A stretch of DNA of 64,000 nt, taken from Octopus sinensis. Taxonomy: Eukaryota. The stretch spans positions 52,824,001 through 52,888,000 of the forward strand of contig NC_043000.1 of NCBI RefSeq assembly GCF_006345805.1. Direction: 5' to 3'. Position numbers and translations under genes: made by a program. Of the stretch, positions 13,846-28,919 are shown piece after piece. How positions within the stretch are numbered: the stretch's first letter is position 1; each line of letters starts with the position of its first letter. The notes under the pieces are model-generated. The model did not search any database. It saw only the letters and a list, made by a program, of their open reading frames with translations, and was not told the origin of the DNA.

Positions 13846-13853
13846 TGACGTCA
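13846..13853. promoter_or_regulatory. CRE-like palindrome TGACGTCA in a unique CpG-richer stretch
   Basis: Motif only; could be chance. Confidence 0.15.
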
Positions 13854-15883
13854 CATTTTCTATTTGAGTGTTGCGTAGGTTAGGCCGATGACTGACAAGT
13901 ATATGTATGAGAAAGTGAATGCGTCTGTTAGTATACATACATTTTTGCGACGACTGACACACACAGGGGCAGAGATAGGCTTCAAGCGTGCGTTAATGTG
14001 TGTGTGTGTGTCTGTGTGTCTTAGTTTACGTACGTGACAAACTCCTGCCCAACACCAAAACGCACCTGTATTGAAAGTTTAGCTGGGGCCAGAATTTTAA
14101 ACGAACAACAACTTTCAAGTACTACGAACACAAAGATATTGCTGATTTAACACCACTCACAATACTCTCAAATATATCCGGAAAAAGTGTTATTTTGGTT
14201 ATTATAACAAATTCGAAACGAGTTTAAAGATTACTTTTACATTCCTCCAAAGCATCTGCATCACTGTAAGTATGAATGGCGCAGAACATTCTTACTGCGT
14301 TAGTCAGTATTTATTCTACAGTCTATAGTGTTACACAGTTAAAAAATATAATGTAATGTCAAATTAATTTATATCTTGCTATGTACATCCTTCAGCAAAT
14401 ATCTTAAATTAACGTTCACAACAGCAACACTTTCTTTTCTATGCAATTGGTTCACCGTTCGTTTCAGAATTGTAAGATAAATCATTTTTGTATGAAAAAT
14501 TGAATTATGCCTTCTGAATTTTCTTGCTCTTTCACTTTCTTCACCGTGTTATTTAATCTTGAATTCTATAACTTTTAGTACATATCACAAATAAATGTTG
14601 ACTTTTTGTACTTTGTTACGTTGGTGACACAGTAACTTTTTCTAAACTGGTGATTTTCCATTTTTGTATAGCATAACTATGCTACATAAAGTATGTTTTG
14701 CATCTATATTGACTACATTTAGTTTATCTTGAACTTCGTGTGTGTACATTTTACTGTTTTGAATATTATCAATTTTATGTGTGTGTGTGTTTCTGCGCTC
14801 CTTACGTCTTTAGTATACTATAGTAAAGAGCATTTTACGCTCTTTTAATGAACCCACATCTAAAGAAAGAGCCATTTTTATGGTTGGTGAACTCCATGAA
14901 AATCATGTTATTCTCATTGTGTTCGAGATAACAATCTTAAATGTGTTTCACAAACTCATCCCTCTTATCATGCTCTCCAGTATACTCTTATTCTATGGAA
15001 AAGACAAGATGGGTGTCATTTCGATAGCCTACGAATTGAACCGTCAACTGGAGTGTCAATTAAAAGCAAAAAAGGTGTCGTCAAATAACTTCTATTCTTA
15101 CCAACTGATGTTAAGACCAGAACAATTAAATCAATTACATATTTCAAACTTTAATTTCATTTACATGTCTTCTACGTTATCTCAACAGCCAACTATAGTT
15201 ATTTCAAATAGACTTCATTACAACGACCAGAATTCATTAGAAAATGAAAATAGTTTCACTTTCAATTTGGACCAAGATTACAGTGTTACATTACGAGAGT
15301 GACGATGTGAGAATAATGAAATTAATGTTTCTCCAAATTAGTCACATGTGTATTATAATAAGGAAAGCTGCTTATTATCTATCTAACAAATAATTTTTTT
15401 GACGCAACAATTTTTTACATCTAAAATAACCTCGGCAACTTGGTTAGGGTCGCACAGTTTTGAGGTCATATTCGGACAATATTTCGATTTGCTTCTAATG
15501 TTTCACTGTCGTCCGATGTCTCAAACATTTATGAAAATGGACACATAAAGACTGCATTAAAATAAACCACAACCAAAAACAATTGCATTAACAGACATCG
15601 AATTTTCTATATTTCATGACGAAATACACTCACTGTCTCTCCCTCTCTCTCAAGCACAAAAAAGATGTATGCATATGCATTTATGGGTGAAGGTAAAGAA
15701 TACGAACTCCCGGTGTTTATGTTACGGTTTCGCCGAAATCGGGTGATGTCCGTGTTCTTTACCTCCGCTATTTACGTGTATGAAAAATATAACGTGTGTG
15801 TGAAAGAGGGAAGAGAGAGCGAGTGAGTGCCACATACACATACATAAAAATACTTCATATATTACAACACATGCCTTCCCTCA

Positions 15884-15924
<41 letters not shown>

Positions 15925-16538
15925 CCATTTCATATACATGTACATCTTATGCTTTATCATCTCTCTTATTTTCTCTTGTCACTTCAAAGCAAATGCGGCC
16001 TTTTCACTTTATCCCCTCTTCCAATTTCTGCTGTCTTCAACGCATACACAAATTAAAGAAAATTACGGAAATTAACGATAAATCATATGATTCCATATAT
16101 ATCGAGTTGACAACTTTGAGAAAGAATACCATAAAATAACTTCCTTTGGAATACACACACTCCAGGTGAAGCTTCTGTGCGAATTATTCTATTTCTTGCA
16201 GCGTGCACGCGTAAATTTACGGCTCAAATCCAACTGAAATTATCTTTTTCTATCGTGTAATTTGTGTTTTTGATGAGCGTATTTAAAAACAAGGAAGTTT
16301 TCCTAGAAATCCTGTCCTTTATGTCTTCTTTCTAGAATGTCCCAGGGGACATTTCCGTCCCCACCCCTTATTTCTTTTCCTAAATTTCTTCCGATTCCTA
16401 TGTTTGCTATACAGGCGATTAGGAGTTCACCGACAAAATGCGTTTTCCGCACCCAATTAATTTTTGACTGCTTTCAAATTTTTATCCTTAGTTATCCATG
16501 GAGAAAAAAACCAGAGAATACGAGCCTTTAAGAATTTT

Positions 16539-16783
16539 ACCCATCACCTACCACTTTCGAAAAGCTACACACTCCCAATGTTTCACTTTTAGCTTTTTGG
16601 AAAACGGGGAAGTTTCTTCAGAAATAATGTCTGTTGTTTCTAGCATGTCGGGTGGTTTTATGGTATTCGTCTGGTATTTTTTAAGTCTCCTATTTCAGTA
16701 GAATTCTACGCACGCAGGAAACATCAGCTAAAAGTGCAAGATTGGGAGATTTTAGCTTTTTGGAAAGCTGATAGGTGATGGGT
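16539..16783. mobile_element. MITE-like element with ~56-bp imperfect inverted arms
   Basis: acccatcacctaccactttc...ctcccaat...cacttttagct (16539-16594) versus agctaaaagtg...attgggag...gaaagctgataggtgatgggt (16726-16783). Confidence 0.55.
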
Positions 16784-17164
16784 TGGCGAGGTGGAGGAAG
16801 GAGCATTGAGTTTTTCTTCAAGAAAAATTAAACTTTAAAATATGTATATATATACATATATATATATATTCCCCAGATTCGTAATCTCGTTATTTTTATA
16901 CCTAGTAAGGAAAAAAATAGAAAAAAGTTACAAACTAAGAAATTGCGGTGGGATTGGGGGAAAATTAAAATATTGGAAACGTGATTTCTGGATAATGTCG
17001 TATTAACTCCCTTTTATACGATGGAACAATACATAGTTTCTGATACTTCTTAAGAACAAAAAGCATTTTCATGCAAATTGTACCCTCGCCCTTCACTTTT
17101 AAACAAACAATAACAGCTGTACCGATTCTGCCCATAAAAAAGGAGCAAATAATACAATATACGT

Positions 17165-17205
17165 GTAGGTCATAACACTCGGGCAACGCCATGATTCATT
17201 GCTAG
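17165..17205 (+). mobile_element. Helitron 3' terminus remnant
   Basis: gtaggtcataacactcgggcaacgccatgattcattgCTAG|T; near-identical to 60336-60376. Confidence 0.55.
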
Positions 17206-19277
17206 TTATAAATAATTATTTTCCTCTAATTCATACATTCTGTTTCAATCTACAAATAGATTCTACTTATCTCACTAGAATTCATAACAATTTATATATC
17301 CTGATTCCATTGTTTTCATCACTAATATTCTAATCATATTTGTATGTAATCTTTTACCTCTGGACTTGTTATCTTTTAGGACTTTACTTTGATACATTTT
17401 CCCCTTATTATAAATATATAAGTTGAAACAAATCCCCATACAAATATGTATATATCTACAAACGTAATGTTGGAAATACTCATAAACTTTATGCGTATTA
17501 AATGGGCAAATTTGAATTATGATTTCGTGAAGATGCTTATGTGCAAATTGAGATCCTTTAGATGTTTTATTATCCATGTGTTTCGATTCTTATTGTATTT
17601 ATCAAGTGGCCACTGAAGAAAATTTTTCTATATATCTATTTTCAAACAATTTGTTAAACACTCCCAGGGAAGTTTATTTCACGCGCAGCATGATCGAAGA
17701 CTACATTAGTCTCTATCCGAAGCTGTAATCCTAATATTTTCCATAGGGTGTACTATTTTAAAAGCATGCTTAGGTTAGTAACAAATCTACTAGCAAGATA
17801 CGCATCAATATGTACGAGCAATAGATATGTATAGATAAAAATCATTTATGAATTAAGAGTGAATAGCAAAAATAATTGAAAATATTGTCTAAATGAAACA
17901 TAAAGTAAAATAATAACGGCCGCAATGTATGATATTGATCCAGAAAAACTAGATATTTATGAATGATATTCGTAAGAACCAATGTGTAAAGTTTAGAATT
18001 GATATGTGAGTTCAAGTTCTGTGCCTACGAAGACTAGAATATTACGATTTTAATCATATCACTCGAACGTCACAAACTGACAATGTTTCAGCACTGCCTA
18101 TTATTTTCTTTCCCGTATTACAACTACATTACAACTATCAGTCACATAACATCTCTTTCCTGTAGCTTCACTGTTTAAGCGAAACGGATTTGCTCTTTAT
18201 GTAAGATTTTCGCTAAAATTGAATATATTAATAGTTATCCAAATCATAATTGTTATCTAAATTTCCCCCATAGGGCTTACCGTTTTTAGGGAAAATTGTA
18301 TAGAAAAATAAGGAAGTGGACAAAATCATACGTTCATGAATACACATGCACATACACACATACAAAGACACGCGTACAGGCAGATGCGCATACATGCTTT
18401 CGTATTGGTGTGATAATATTGATTTTAGATGTGTATGCAACTGAAATGCTGATAAAATATAATATTAGTACGTACAAGTGTCTGAGAATGGAAAAGAGTA
18501 AAATCTTATGCGATTACAATCGTTATAGTTATATATATTAGAGTAGGAATTCAAATAAATTGTTTGATTTGGTAAATAAATATCTTTAATATTATGCATT
18601 ATTTTCTATACTAAATATAATTAAAATGGCATACAATATATTGTAAAACGGTATGCAAATATAATGGGAAATATCACATAATTATAAATGAGACAGCAGC
18701 AAAAAATACTTTTAACATTTTTAGAATTCTTAGTAATTTTCTGAGTTGGCATCATTATAAACGCTACAAAGAATCAGTGTAATAAGAAGAATTTAAAAGA
18801 ATAATAGTATTATTTACAAAGCAAATATGCCATAAATAATAATTTATGATTATGTTATTAATAAAATATTATATGAAAATAACTATTGCATCTTTATAAC
18901 CGAAGACTTGTCGTAACTAATTAAATTTGAACACGGCAACACTACTTCAATATATGGACATACTAGAAAAATATACATAATTGGTAGCTGGTAAATAAAA
19001 ACATGCCATATAGGCTTGGTGTCTTTTGTCGTTTATACATTACTTGTTTTCGTCATTGGAACACAGTCATCCTCGCGCGGAACCTTGAAGGGCTTAGTCG
19101 ACAAAATCGAAGTACTTATTTTTTAAAGTATGGTGCTTATTCTAACGATATCGATTATCAAATCACTAACCAACACTCAACACCGCTTCTGAATCGGGGG
19201 TAAACATAACATTAATAAAGGACACTTGCACATATATATACATACATTCATATATACATATATGTATACATATATAT

Positions 19278-19340
<63 letters not shown>

Positions 19341-20961
19341 AATGTATCTATGTATCTATGTATCTATGTATATATATATATATATATCTTCTCTGGCCTT
19401 CCATACGTATATATATACCTACACACACACGCGCGCACGCGCACATATATACATATTGCATATCTCACGCATGTTCCCTCTGGGGATTAGACCCTCAATT
19501 CTTTTATCGTCTGATAGTAGCTCGTTTGTTGTACAGAGGCAATATGATCAATAGTATAGCATGTTAACCTTGTTCTGAACGGTCACGGATTTAAAATACC
19601 CTCTTGTCTTTGGATGGTTAACATATATACAAACAGACATACACACACATACATACATTCAATACATACATACATGCAAATACTATGTATGTTGGCCATG
19701 TTGAATATAGTGTAATCAAGTACATTAATGCAATCAGCAACTTATTATATCAAATGTATAGGCAAACTTATTAGTCCCTTGACCAGTCACTTTGCTTACA
19801 CAGTTAATATAATCTCAGTAGAGAATAAATTTTATTCATAACTAAGTTATGTCATTCAACATCCGACGGGGGTTCTCAAATAACAATAGCATAATTACCT
19901 GAGATCATACCTAGGAATCTGAATTGCATCAGTTGGATGTATTACATCAAGCAATGATAAACTGATAATGAATATTCTGATCTCTCATATGATACAGATA
20001 AATGTTTTCTATACACAAGTCACAAACGTACAGTCACACACACGTACTCACACACGCGTAATTACACGCACCCTCCACACACAAGAATTTTATGAAACTG
20101 ATAAATGTGAGATTTATGTGTTGTTCAGGAAAGCATTTACGTCTCTTTATATTTATGGGTATATTTACTATTTTGCACCTATTAACTATATATTGTGTTA
20201 AATTGTTACAAAGTTCCCCACCATAAACTAAGCGGATTCCCCTTTCCTGTATAACCATTTAACTATGACATTTAACTATAAAATTGAATCATATTAAAAA
20301 AAAAAATTATTGAATATGTAATTATCCAATAAAATATTTATGAAGCAGAGCAGCACATCATATATTTAAATATAATTAGAGTGATGTATAATTTCGATAC
20401 ACACACACTATTGTCTGAATCACAAAATTCTGATTATATAAAAATAAGTCAAAGTATATAATGTAAGATATTAGGGTAATATATCAAATTTTTAAGTGCT
20501 TTCAATTGGAACCCCATATACAGAAAATAAATCTATTCGTAGATTGCCTCATGGTAAAATACTACATCAAAAAGGCACTATTAGGTCATACTTATTAAAC
20601 TAATTTCGAATGGGTTCAAAGGACTGCGTTATAAGTATGCATGCATATATGTTTGTCACACATTTCAACTGCCAAAGGCAAGCTGAACGAATTATGTGTT
20701 TTCACACCTTTTACCAGAAGAGACATTTTTTCTCAAAGGTTAACTGCAGTGTATTTACCTTTATCATTTGAAATATGTGACAAATATAATACACTAACCT
20801 AGATTCTGCTCATATTTAACACTGCTTTGCGCCTATACTCCGTTAATATATATATGTGTGTGTGTGAGTGAGTGTGTGTAAGCGCACGTGCGTATGTATA
20901 TTCATATATATGTGTGTGTGTGTATATATATGTATATGTGTATATGTAAATATATACATAC

Positions 20962-20994
<33 letters not shown>

Positions 20995-22039
20995 TATACA
21001 CATATATAAATAGATATATAGATACATACAAGTATGTGTGTTTATACGCATTTGGTGCATGCGTGTGTATATGTGTGTGTATGTGTCTATATGTGTGAGT
21101 GTGTAAGCGAGTGTGACTGTGAGTGTGTATGCGATTGTATCTGTGAGTGTATGCGTGTGTGTGTGTGTGTGTGTGTAGTGGAGTGGTGCATTTGACTAAA
21201 CATTTGACTAAATTTCTATATAAAATAATATGACAAACCAAAGGTAAAATACAGTTTTTAAAAGGCAAAAAGTTTCAGACGAAACAAATATAGTCACAAA
21301 TGTAATTAAAAGATGAATACCGTACAATACAATAAAGATGTTTCATTTTCCATCTTTGAGAAACACAGATTCTGAATATGGATTAACTCTTACAGAAATA
21401 TGAACAAATGCATGTGGGGCAGATATATCACGAATTATTCTGTCGTTAAATGATTTAATCGGAAACAGGAAAAAGAACGAAATTAACATCCTTCTGTTGA
21501 TGAGGAAAAGGAGGCTTTAGTGTTCCATGAGAGGAAAATATGGACGTATTACTGTCAGATATATGCGTTATTATGTTCGCGTTCTATATTTTTTGTTAAG
21601 TTACAATTTCTCTGTTTTGTTCAGTTTTCCATTTTCACTTTTGTTATACCAAGCAATGGACGAAAGCATTAAAAAGATCAAATTCATAGAGCCAAACAAA
21701 ATTAAAACTATTACTGAATCAAGAGCAAAGGTAGTTATACTTAGAAGAGAGAAACAGAGTTCAAGAAAGGAGATATATGGACCAATATGACAGGCACAAT
21801 AGCCTTCAAGATATGAAAAACAAGGAGTTCAAGGAGGAAAGGAAAATATGCAAGATGAAACACAGATTTATCTTTTAATTGCTGCCTAATACTGCCCAAT
21901 TAGAACAAATTTTGGAGAATACCGACATCGAAGGAATGAAATATAGGCAGAACATCAGAAACTATAACTCAATGTATTCTTTCCTCTCATTTAGAGTTAA
22001 TGTTACGCCACCTCCTCGTCGTGGCTCCGTCGCAATATA

Positions 22040-22257
22040 CTTTTTTACTATAGGCACAAATCCTGGAATCTTGAGGGGAATAGGGCCCGTCGATTTCTTT
22101 TACCACAGTACGCAACGGGTACTTAATTTATCGACCTCCGAAAGGATGAAAGGCAAAGTCGACTTCGGCAGAATTTGAACTCAGGACGTAAAAAAAGACG
22201 AAATGTCGCTAAGCATTCCGCCCGGCCTGCTAAGGATTCTGCCAGCTCGCCGCCTTT
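22040..22257 (-). mobile_element. SINE family 2 (ggcggcgagctggcagaatc head)
   Basis: tRNA-like head with B-box-like gagttcaaattc; gtcgactttgcctttcatcc shared with copies at 37470-38090. Confidence 0.8.
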
Positions 22258-22309
22258 AACTGTCACAATATAGAAATATTTCTCATGGCACCAGCACACA
22301 ATTTACAGA

Positions 22310-22718
22310 TACTCTTTTACTTGTTTCAGTCATTTGACTGTGGCCATGCTGGAACACCACCTTTAGTCGAGCAAATCGACACCAGAGCTTATTCTTTGTA
22401 AGCCTAATACTTATTCTATCGGTCTCTTTTGCCGAACCGCTAAGTTACGGGGACGTAAACACACCAGCATCGGTTGACAAGCCATGTTGGAAGGACAAAC
22501 ACAGAATCACAAACACATACTCACGCATATATATATATATATATATACATATATACGATGGTCTTCTTTAGTTTCCGTCTACCAAATCCACTCACGAGGC
22601 TTTGGTCGGCCCGAGGCTATAGTAGAAGACACTTGCCCAAGGTGCCACGTAGTGGGACTGAACCCTGAACCATGTGGTCGGTAAGCGAGCTACCTACCAC
22701 ACAGCCACTCCTACGCCT
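22310..22718 (-). mobile_element. SINE family 1, full length
   Basis: A-box-like tggctgtgtggt, B-box-like ggttcagtccc, internal TA tract, tail gaaacaagtaaaagagta. Confidence 0.9.
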
Positions 22719-22829
22719 ATATATTTTATATTTTCCATGAACTTTTCACGGATCCAGCCAGTAATTATTATGATTGTTGTTGTTGTTGTTGCTGCTGTTG
22801 CTGTTGTTGCTCTTGTTGTTATGTCTTTT

Positions 22830-24105
22830 CTTTCACTTAGATTTTTCTTGGATCTTCTACTGGTATTGGCTTGATACAGAATAAACAGAATTCGACAACC
22901 AAAGATTTTTTAGCTCTTATGGTTTTTATTATGTCAAGCATCGTGTTTTCTTTTCTTCTTTTTTCAAGATGAAGAAATTCATCTCGATATCCAATATATC
23001 CAAGAAATCAACTAAACCTCTGCCACGATCCTCAAAACTCCTATTCCAGTCGGTTTAACATCACGGCAATTGCTGACTCTGAAGTTCATATTTTTTTTTA
23101 ATGTTGTTTTCTTTTTGATTTCTCACAATTTTATTCACCACTATATGTCCACAAGGATAAAGAGAACTGATTAAGCAAGAAAACTATTCCGCTTTATCGA
23201 ATATGACAATATCTGGGCGTAAATGATCCGTTTCCCGATTTGTTTGAACTTTTATATCACAAAGTCATATCCACGGATATGTTCTGCATTATAGTTATAT
23301 ATTTTTCTTTGATTTCAAATTCATATTTGTAACTCACTCATCCATATTAGTAATTTCGTCATATCTCCAGCTCATATAAGCTCTCTCAGCAAGCAGCTTA
23401 TACCCAAAGAGTTTACTTACAAACGTCTCTTCTCTTTCACTACACATTCTTCATTCAGTCTAGACGTTATTCTTTTTTATGTTTGTAATCTTCCTGATCT
23501 GTCTTGTTCTGTGTTATTCTGTTCACCTAGAATCATATCTCTGTCTCCTTTTTTGAAATTCTCCTTTTGAAGTATTGAAATGGTCTCTGCGCTCGACTCA
23601 CTTCAATATTTTTTATAACTATTTAAATATTGCACATATTTTGCTTCGTATTTCACGTGTTTTTCGTAGTGTCCTTACTTCGATGCTTCGAAAGTACCAT
23701 TTTTTTTGCAATCTTTCAACTTACATCTCTTAAAAAATCTGCTATTATAAGCACCCTGTTTCTATTAATAAATTGCTTCATGAAACTCTCAACTTCCACT
23801 TCTCTATAATTATATACAATTGTCAATCCTCTCGCTCCAACTTCCCTGCTAAAATTAAAATTTTAGTATTTGTCTAGGGTAAGGCAATGCAGATAATCAG
23901 AAATTCCCTTGTTCTTATAATTACTACCTCAAAGTTTTCCTTGCACTATTTTGTTAATCACACATTTTATAGGAAGATGGAAATTTTTTGGGGGGTGAAT
24001 TCAGAATTTAATATCCTTGTTACTACAGTTCAATATTTAAGAGATGAGGAATTATGTACATTATTTACATTATTTACAATTGACGAATATTTGTCCTCAT
24101 CTTGA

Positions 24106-24170
<65 letters not shown>

Positions 24171-24234
24171 TAATAATAATAATAATAATAATAATATATA
24201 ATAATAATAATATATAATAATAATAATAATAATA

Positions 24235-24298
<64 letters not shown>

Positions 24299-25260
24299 TA
24301 ATAATAATAACAATAATAACAACAACAACAACAACAACAACAACTACAACATCGAAAAAATACCTTAGGAATGAGAATCCAGGTTCAAAATTTCCCTAAG
24401 ACACCTGATGAAGGCTGGAGAGTATATCAGCCGAAACAACAAACAAGATGAGGACAAATATCTGTCAATTGTAAATAATGTAAATAATGTACACGCGTTA
24501 CAGTTCTAAAATAATGCCTCCTTAAATTATCCTTTCATTATTCCATCTTCATGGAATAATGAATGTATACCCAAACTCTCTATAATTCTCCCGTATCTTT
24601 TCTCCACTCTAAAGAGTTTTTACGTCACTTTTATAGTGTTTCCTTTTCTTAATTTCACAGACACTCTAAATTCCATTTTAACGTAATTTTCCAACACTTT
24701 CAGAGTATAGTCACCAATATCCAATTCCCTCTTAATATTTCCACATAACTTTAAAACCTGCATGACTAGTAAACAGTTGACTATCTTCTGTTATTTTCTA
24801 AGACTATATCTAGAATCTACATTTCTCTGTTCTATAGGAAGTATAGAAATAATGCTAACGTAGCAAAATACTCCAGTACAATTTGATTTACTCAAAAGCG
24901 TTCCCCTCTAGTTAGTTCTTAGTTCTTTCTCTCCCCATACTTAGAGGTAACAATCCAACAATGTCATTTGAAGTTTTGATATATTTGAGTGCTATCAAAA
25001 TCCAAGAGTTAGTGGGCTTTAAATGCTAAGATTTATGTAATTGATCCATATATCAATAAGCCAGTTCCTCTCATAATTTCTTCTTCAGTCAACTGATGTT
25101 CAATCTGTCGATTAAACACTATTCGTTTTCCGTCTTCAATTTCTCTGGCAGCTGCAATCTTTAGTAGTGGATCGGTTCTATTCATTTGATATCTGTGTGC
25201 GTGCTATTAATATTCGATATAATAGTGGAGATTATCAATTTATCGAGGAGAACGCGGCAG
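22830..25260 (-). pseudogene. Old RLE-type (R4/Dong-like) non-LTR retrotransposon remnant, interrupted at 24055-24493
   Basis: VNCLLVMQVLKLCG (decayed INHLLFMDDLKLYG) and PDIVIFDK (RLE PD motif); (AAC)n-like tail at about 22770-22820. Confidence 0.55.
24055..24493. mobile_element. 439-bp element with 50-bp terminal inverted repeats, internal (AAT)n and a hammerhead core
   Basis: Arms 24055-24104 and 24444-24493 differ at 2 positions; GACAC-CUGAUGA-A-GGCUG-loop-CAGCC-GAAAC at 24400-24437 lacks the cleavage triplet. Confidence 0.75.
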
Positions 25261-25347
25261 ACAACACAGGGTCTTTGTTTTTCATTCATAATAAATATTC
25301 TTTATGATCTTTCCACTCCAGTGACATTTACTGAATAAGGTTATTAG

Positions 25348-25398
<51 letters not shown>

Positions 25399-25429
25399 GG
25401 TGTTGTTGTTGTTGTTATTTTCATATAAA

Positions 25430-27170
25430 AGCAACGAATTGGGCTACATCGGGCTACAACATGTAACCTTAGATGCGAAGAACCCTCCTAAGTATCATAG
25501 TTGTCCCTAATAACACTGTTTTCTGGAGCTGTATTAATCTAGGTTCTATGCCTATTTTCTCTATCCATATATTCAGATATTTAGAGATAGTTCCCAATTT
25601 ATGACTGTGAAGTCAGTTACTTGGCACTTTCTATTCTCTTTATTTACTACTACTAACACAGGCCCTCTAGCTTCTATTACTCAGTTAGTCTGAATGTTAA
25701 AGCCCACAACATCATGTATTTCCTACTTTATGGTACTTCACTAGATTCATGTTCATACCATTTATTAGTAAGCTCAAATCCTAGCTTTCTACATAACTCC
25801 CAGTGGATTACTCTTCCTAGGTTGTCATGTCTTTTCTTGGATTATTTCTGTGCACTGCATGCTAAATTTATTTACTATACGAGTAACACTTTACTCTTTT
25901 GATTTGCGTGATCTACATTGGAAATTTACTTGGATTTTGTCTGTCTTGGCTTTGTTCCAATCAGTCCTTAATGCTTGATCTTTTGCAGCTACTAATAAAC
26001 TTTCTGTCTCCCTTTTCAGCTTCCTTTCTGCAACCATAGCCATATCTTACAACTACTATTTACTGCAAGTATCTTTGGGATTCTACCATACAAGGCCTTC
26101 TCCTGCCAGTCAGATAATTTCTGTTCTTTTTTCTGTTTTTTAACTTCGTTAGGGCTTTTGGTTTTCCTATGTCTTACTGTATTTACTCTAGCAGATTTTA
26201 ATAGACTATCTTCACTATTAATTACATAGGACTTTATATCTACTCTAGCTAATTCCACACAGTCTTCTACTGATATTAATCCTCTACCATCTTCCTTTCT
26301 AGGTAAGTAAAATCGTGCGTCTCATGCCCTTGTGTGGAGTCCTACATTAGTTTTGAATTCCTTCTTAGTTCCTCTGTCTAGCTTTGCTAATTCAGTTTTT
26401 GTCCAATCTACAAAAGCTACTGAGTGTCTAAGAAATGATACTGTTCAAATATTTACAATCTTTACTAGATTCGGACCATTTAGCTTTGACTTCATTAGCT
26501 TCCTCACTCTTCTTATGTACCCCTCAATTTTTGCTTCCATTTCTATGGTTAGAACTCTGTCAGATTCTAATACTCATAGATATTTATAACTCTAACCTTC
26601 GCTCTTGTCTACTTGCAGCTTGTGTTTCCTAACTTGTTCCGTTTCCAGGCTTCTATTCTATTCAGATCTAGTTTTAAAGTCTTCACTTTATTTTGTAATC
26701 TCCTTTTGTACATTTCCTCAATTTTAATCTTTCCCTGTGTGATATCTAATCTTGTATTGACTACAACCCCTACAGATCAATAAATTAGTGTCCCCAATAT
26801 TCTGAAAACAGAATCTACTTTCCTAGTGTTTTGTAGCAGCTTCCTTCTTTTGGTGCCTCTTAATGCTGCCAATCGCTTCCTCATTACTTCCTGCAACTCA
26901 TCTAAAAATCTTCAGATTTTCCTCACTTAAATCACATAAATCCTTTCCTTATTGATTGCGCTATAATTATATTTGCCTTTAGGCTTTCATTTGGCTTGAG
27001 CTCTATCACTTGTATTGTTGTTTGTCTTTCCTATTGCCTGGTCTTTCTTTTCCCATTTCCTTGTGATCTCTTCTACCTGTAATACTGTCACCCAATTTCT
27101 TCTGTTTTCTATAGCCCCTCATAGTAGGTTCACTTTCTACGTATCCTGTTTTCTTCGCTGATCCACTTCC
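25430..27170 (-). pseudogene. RLE-type (R4/Dong-like) LINE remnant, internally deleted, with (AAT)n tail at about 25346-25400
   Basis: YLPRKEDGRGLISVEDCVELARV, WQEKALYG, WLWLQKGS-KRETESLLVAAKDQALRT, RHDNLGRVIHWELC, LQKTVLLGT. Confidence 0.85.
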
Positions 27171-27685
27171 TCCACCTTGATACATTATGTGCTGATGCTG
27201 TATTTAGATAACAGCTGTGGTCAGTCTGCATCTTTACTTTACAAGAGTTCTTCGGAAACTTCTGTGTCTCATCACCACTACTATTTTTCGACATCGCTAC
27301 AAGCAACTTTCTATTGTATCATTTTTTTGCACCTTAGTACTGGTGGGGTGGTGTGTATTGCATTGTTTTCTTTTTCGAGGGGATATTGTATTATCAATAT
27401 ATTTTATTATGGGGTATGATTTGAGTCTTCTGTTCTATCAGATTTTGTATTGTGTGTCGTTTATGCAGCGTAAGTTGTGTTATGTCGGGTATAGGCATTC
27501 TGTGGCACGTGATGTGGGCATGGTTCATTTTGTTGGGTATTTACGGTATGACTTCATTCCTGTATGGTGTTTTGGACGAGTGTTGAATATTATTATTATT
27601 ATTATTATTATTATTGTTGTTGTTGTTTTTGTAGTTATAATAATAATAATAATTATTATTATTATTATTATTATTATTATCATTA

Positions 27686-27778
<93 letters not shown>

Positions 27779-27859
27779 AAGTAGTAATATTTTTGTGCTT
27801 AATGTTGTTGCATACTGTTCTTCTTCATGCTGTTATTGCTGTTGCTATATTTTTATTAT

Positions 27860-28900
27860 TAACATCATCGATTCAGTAATGAATGGTTTCAAATGTGTAT
27901 GGGCTTTCATGGAAAGATTTTCGGTCAGGAAGAGCACTATTTCTTGTCTTCTTCCATTTCTGGATTCCTAGCGATTTTAGAAAAGTAATAGTCAACCACT
28001 TTTGCTATTTTCCCAAGAGTATGTACAACAACGGCGATTGTTCTAATATTGACCTCCCACATTATGCAAATTTACACTTCAAGATATAATATATACCCTT
28101 TTTGCATCAATCATTATGTTATTCTGAAAAGGAAAGTTCCATAGGAGTGAGAAATGATCGTTTTCGGGACAGGTCAGGTTCTTGCAAATTACCTAGTTGA
28201 GATACTGTGCAGCTCTATCATGTTGTGTTGGGATAAAATTACGGTGCAAGAAGGTTACACCCGGAGACAATGCGATCGATTGCTTCCGGTTGTTTTTCAC
28301 GCAATCGGCTTATTGATCTGCAGCTCTTCTTTATGATATTGATTCATTTCTAATCCTGGATCAGCAAGTCTCATTTGATGATGAATATCCTCACTGAGAG
28401 CCTCCTGATATTTTTCCTGAAGAATAACTGGGTTGGAAAGTCCACAGGTGGTAATCGTTACAGCAAATATATCTCTGAAGTGATTTGGAGAATTTGTTGC
28501 AATTGCCTCTTTCAGAGTCATATCGCAATGATGATCATATTCATCGCAAAAAGTGATAGCTTCATGCACTGATCCTTGGCTGTTATGATAGACTCTCTGA
28601 TTTTAAATCAGAGGAAGCTAAACACTGATATGTAAAATATTTTGATATTTACTATGAAGTGCTTTTTCCTCGATTTTTTCAATAGAATTACTTTAGGCTG
28701 TATTCTAAGAAATTTTTTTCCGTGTGTTTAGCTTTTTCTTAACTTGCTTTTAGTTCATCTAATTTTCGAACTCCTTCAATGTGGAATTATTTTCAATATT
28801 TCATTGTCTCATTTGTTACTGAATATAGTGTGGGGAATGTAGCTTTTGCGCACTTGTCAAGTCAAATTCAATCTTAATGGTATAACCAGGCTGTTTAAAA
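27860..28900 (-). pseudogene. Second RLE-type LINE 3' remnant with (AAT)/(ACT)n tail at about 27590-27780
   Basis: EEKALHSKY, TAKDQ, EAIDRIVSGC, LLWNFPFQ, IMWEVNIRTIAVVVHTLG; interrupted by a Helitron-derived segment at 28341-28554. Confidence 0.75.
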
Positions 28901-28919
28901 AATGTCGGTAGGCGTTGTA

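Noticed and set aside
14880-15302. 140-aa ORF in unique sequence
   Set aside because: No recognisable domain, non-ATG start and no splice context; the length is attainable by chance
22660-22718. SINE heads as tRNA genes
   Set aside because: Only A/B-box-like remnants; no complete cloverleaf; part of dispersed SINEs
27217-27971. 220-aa and 135-aa ORFs with poly-I/L/V/Y/S
   Set aside because: Trinucleotide microsatellite forming the LINE tail
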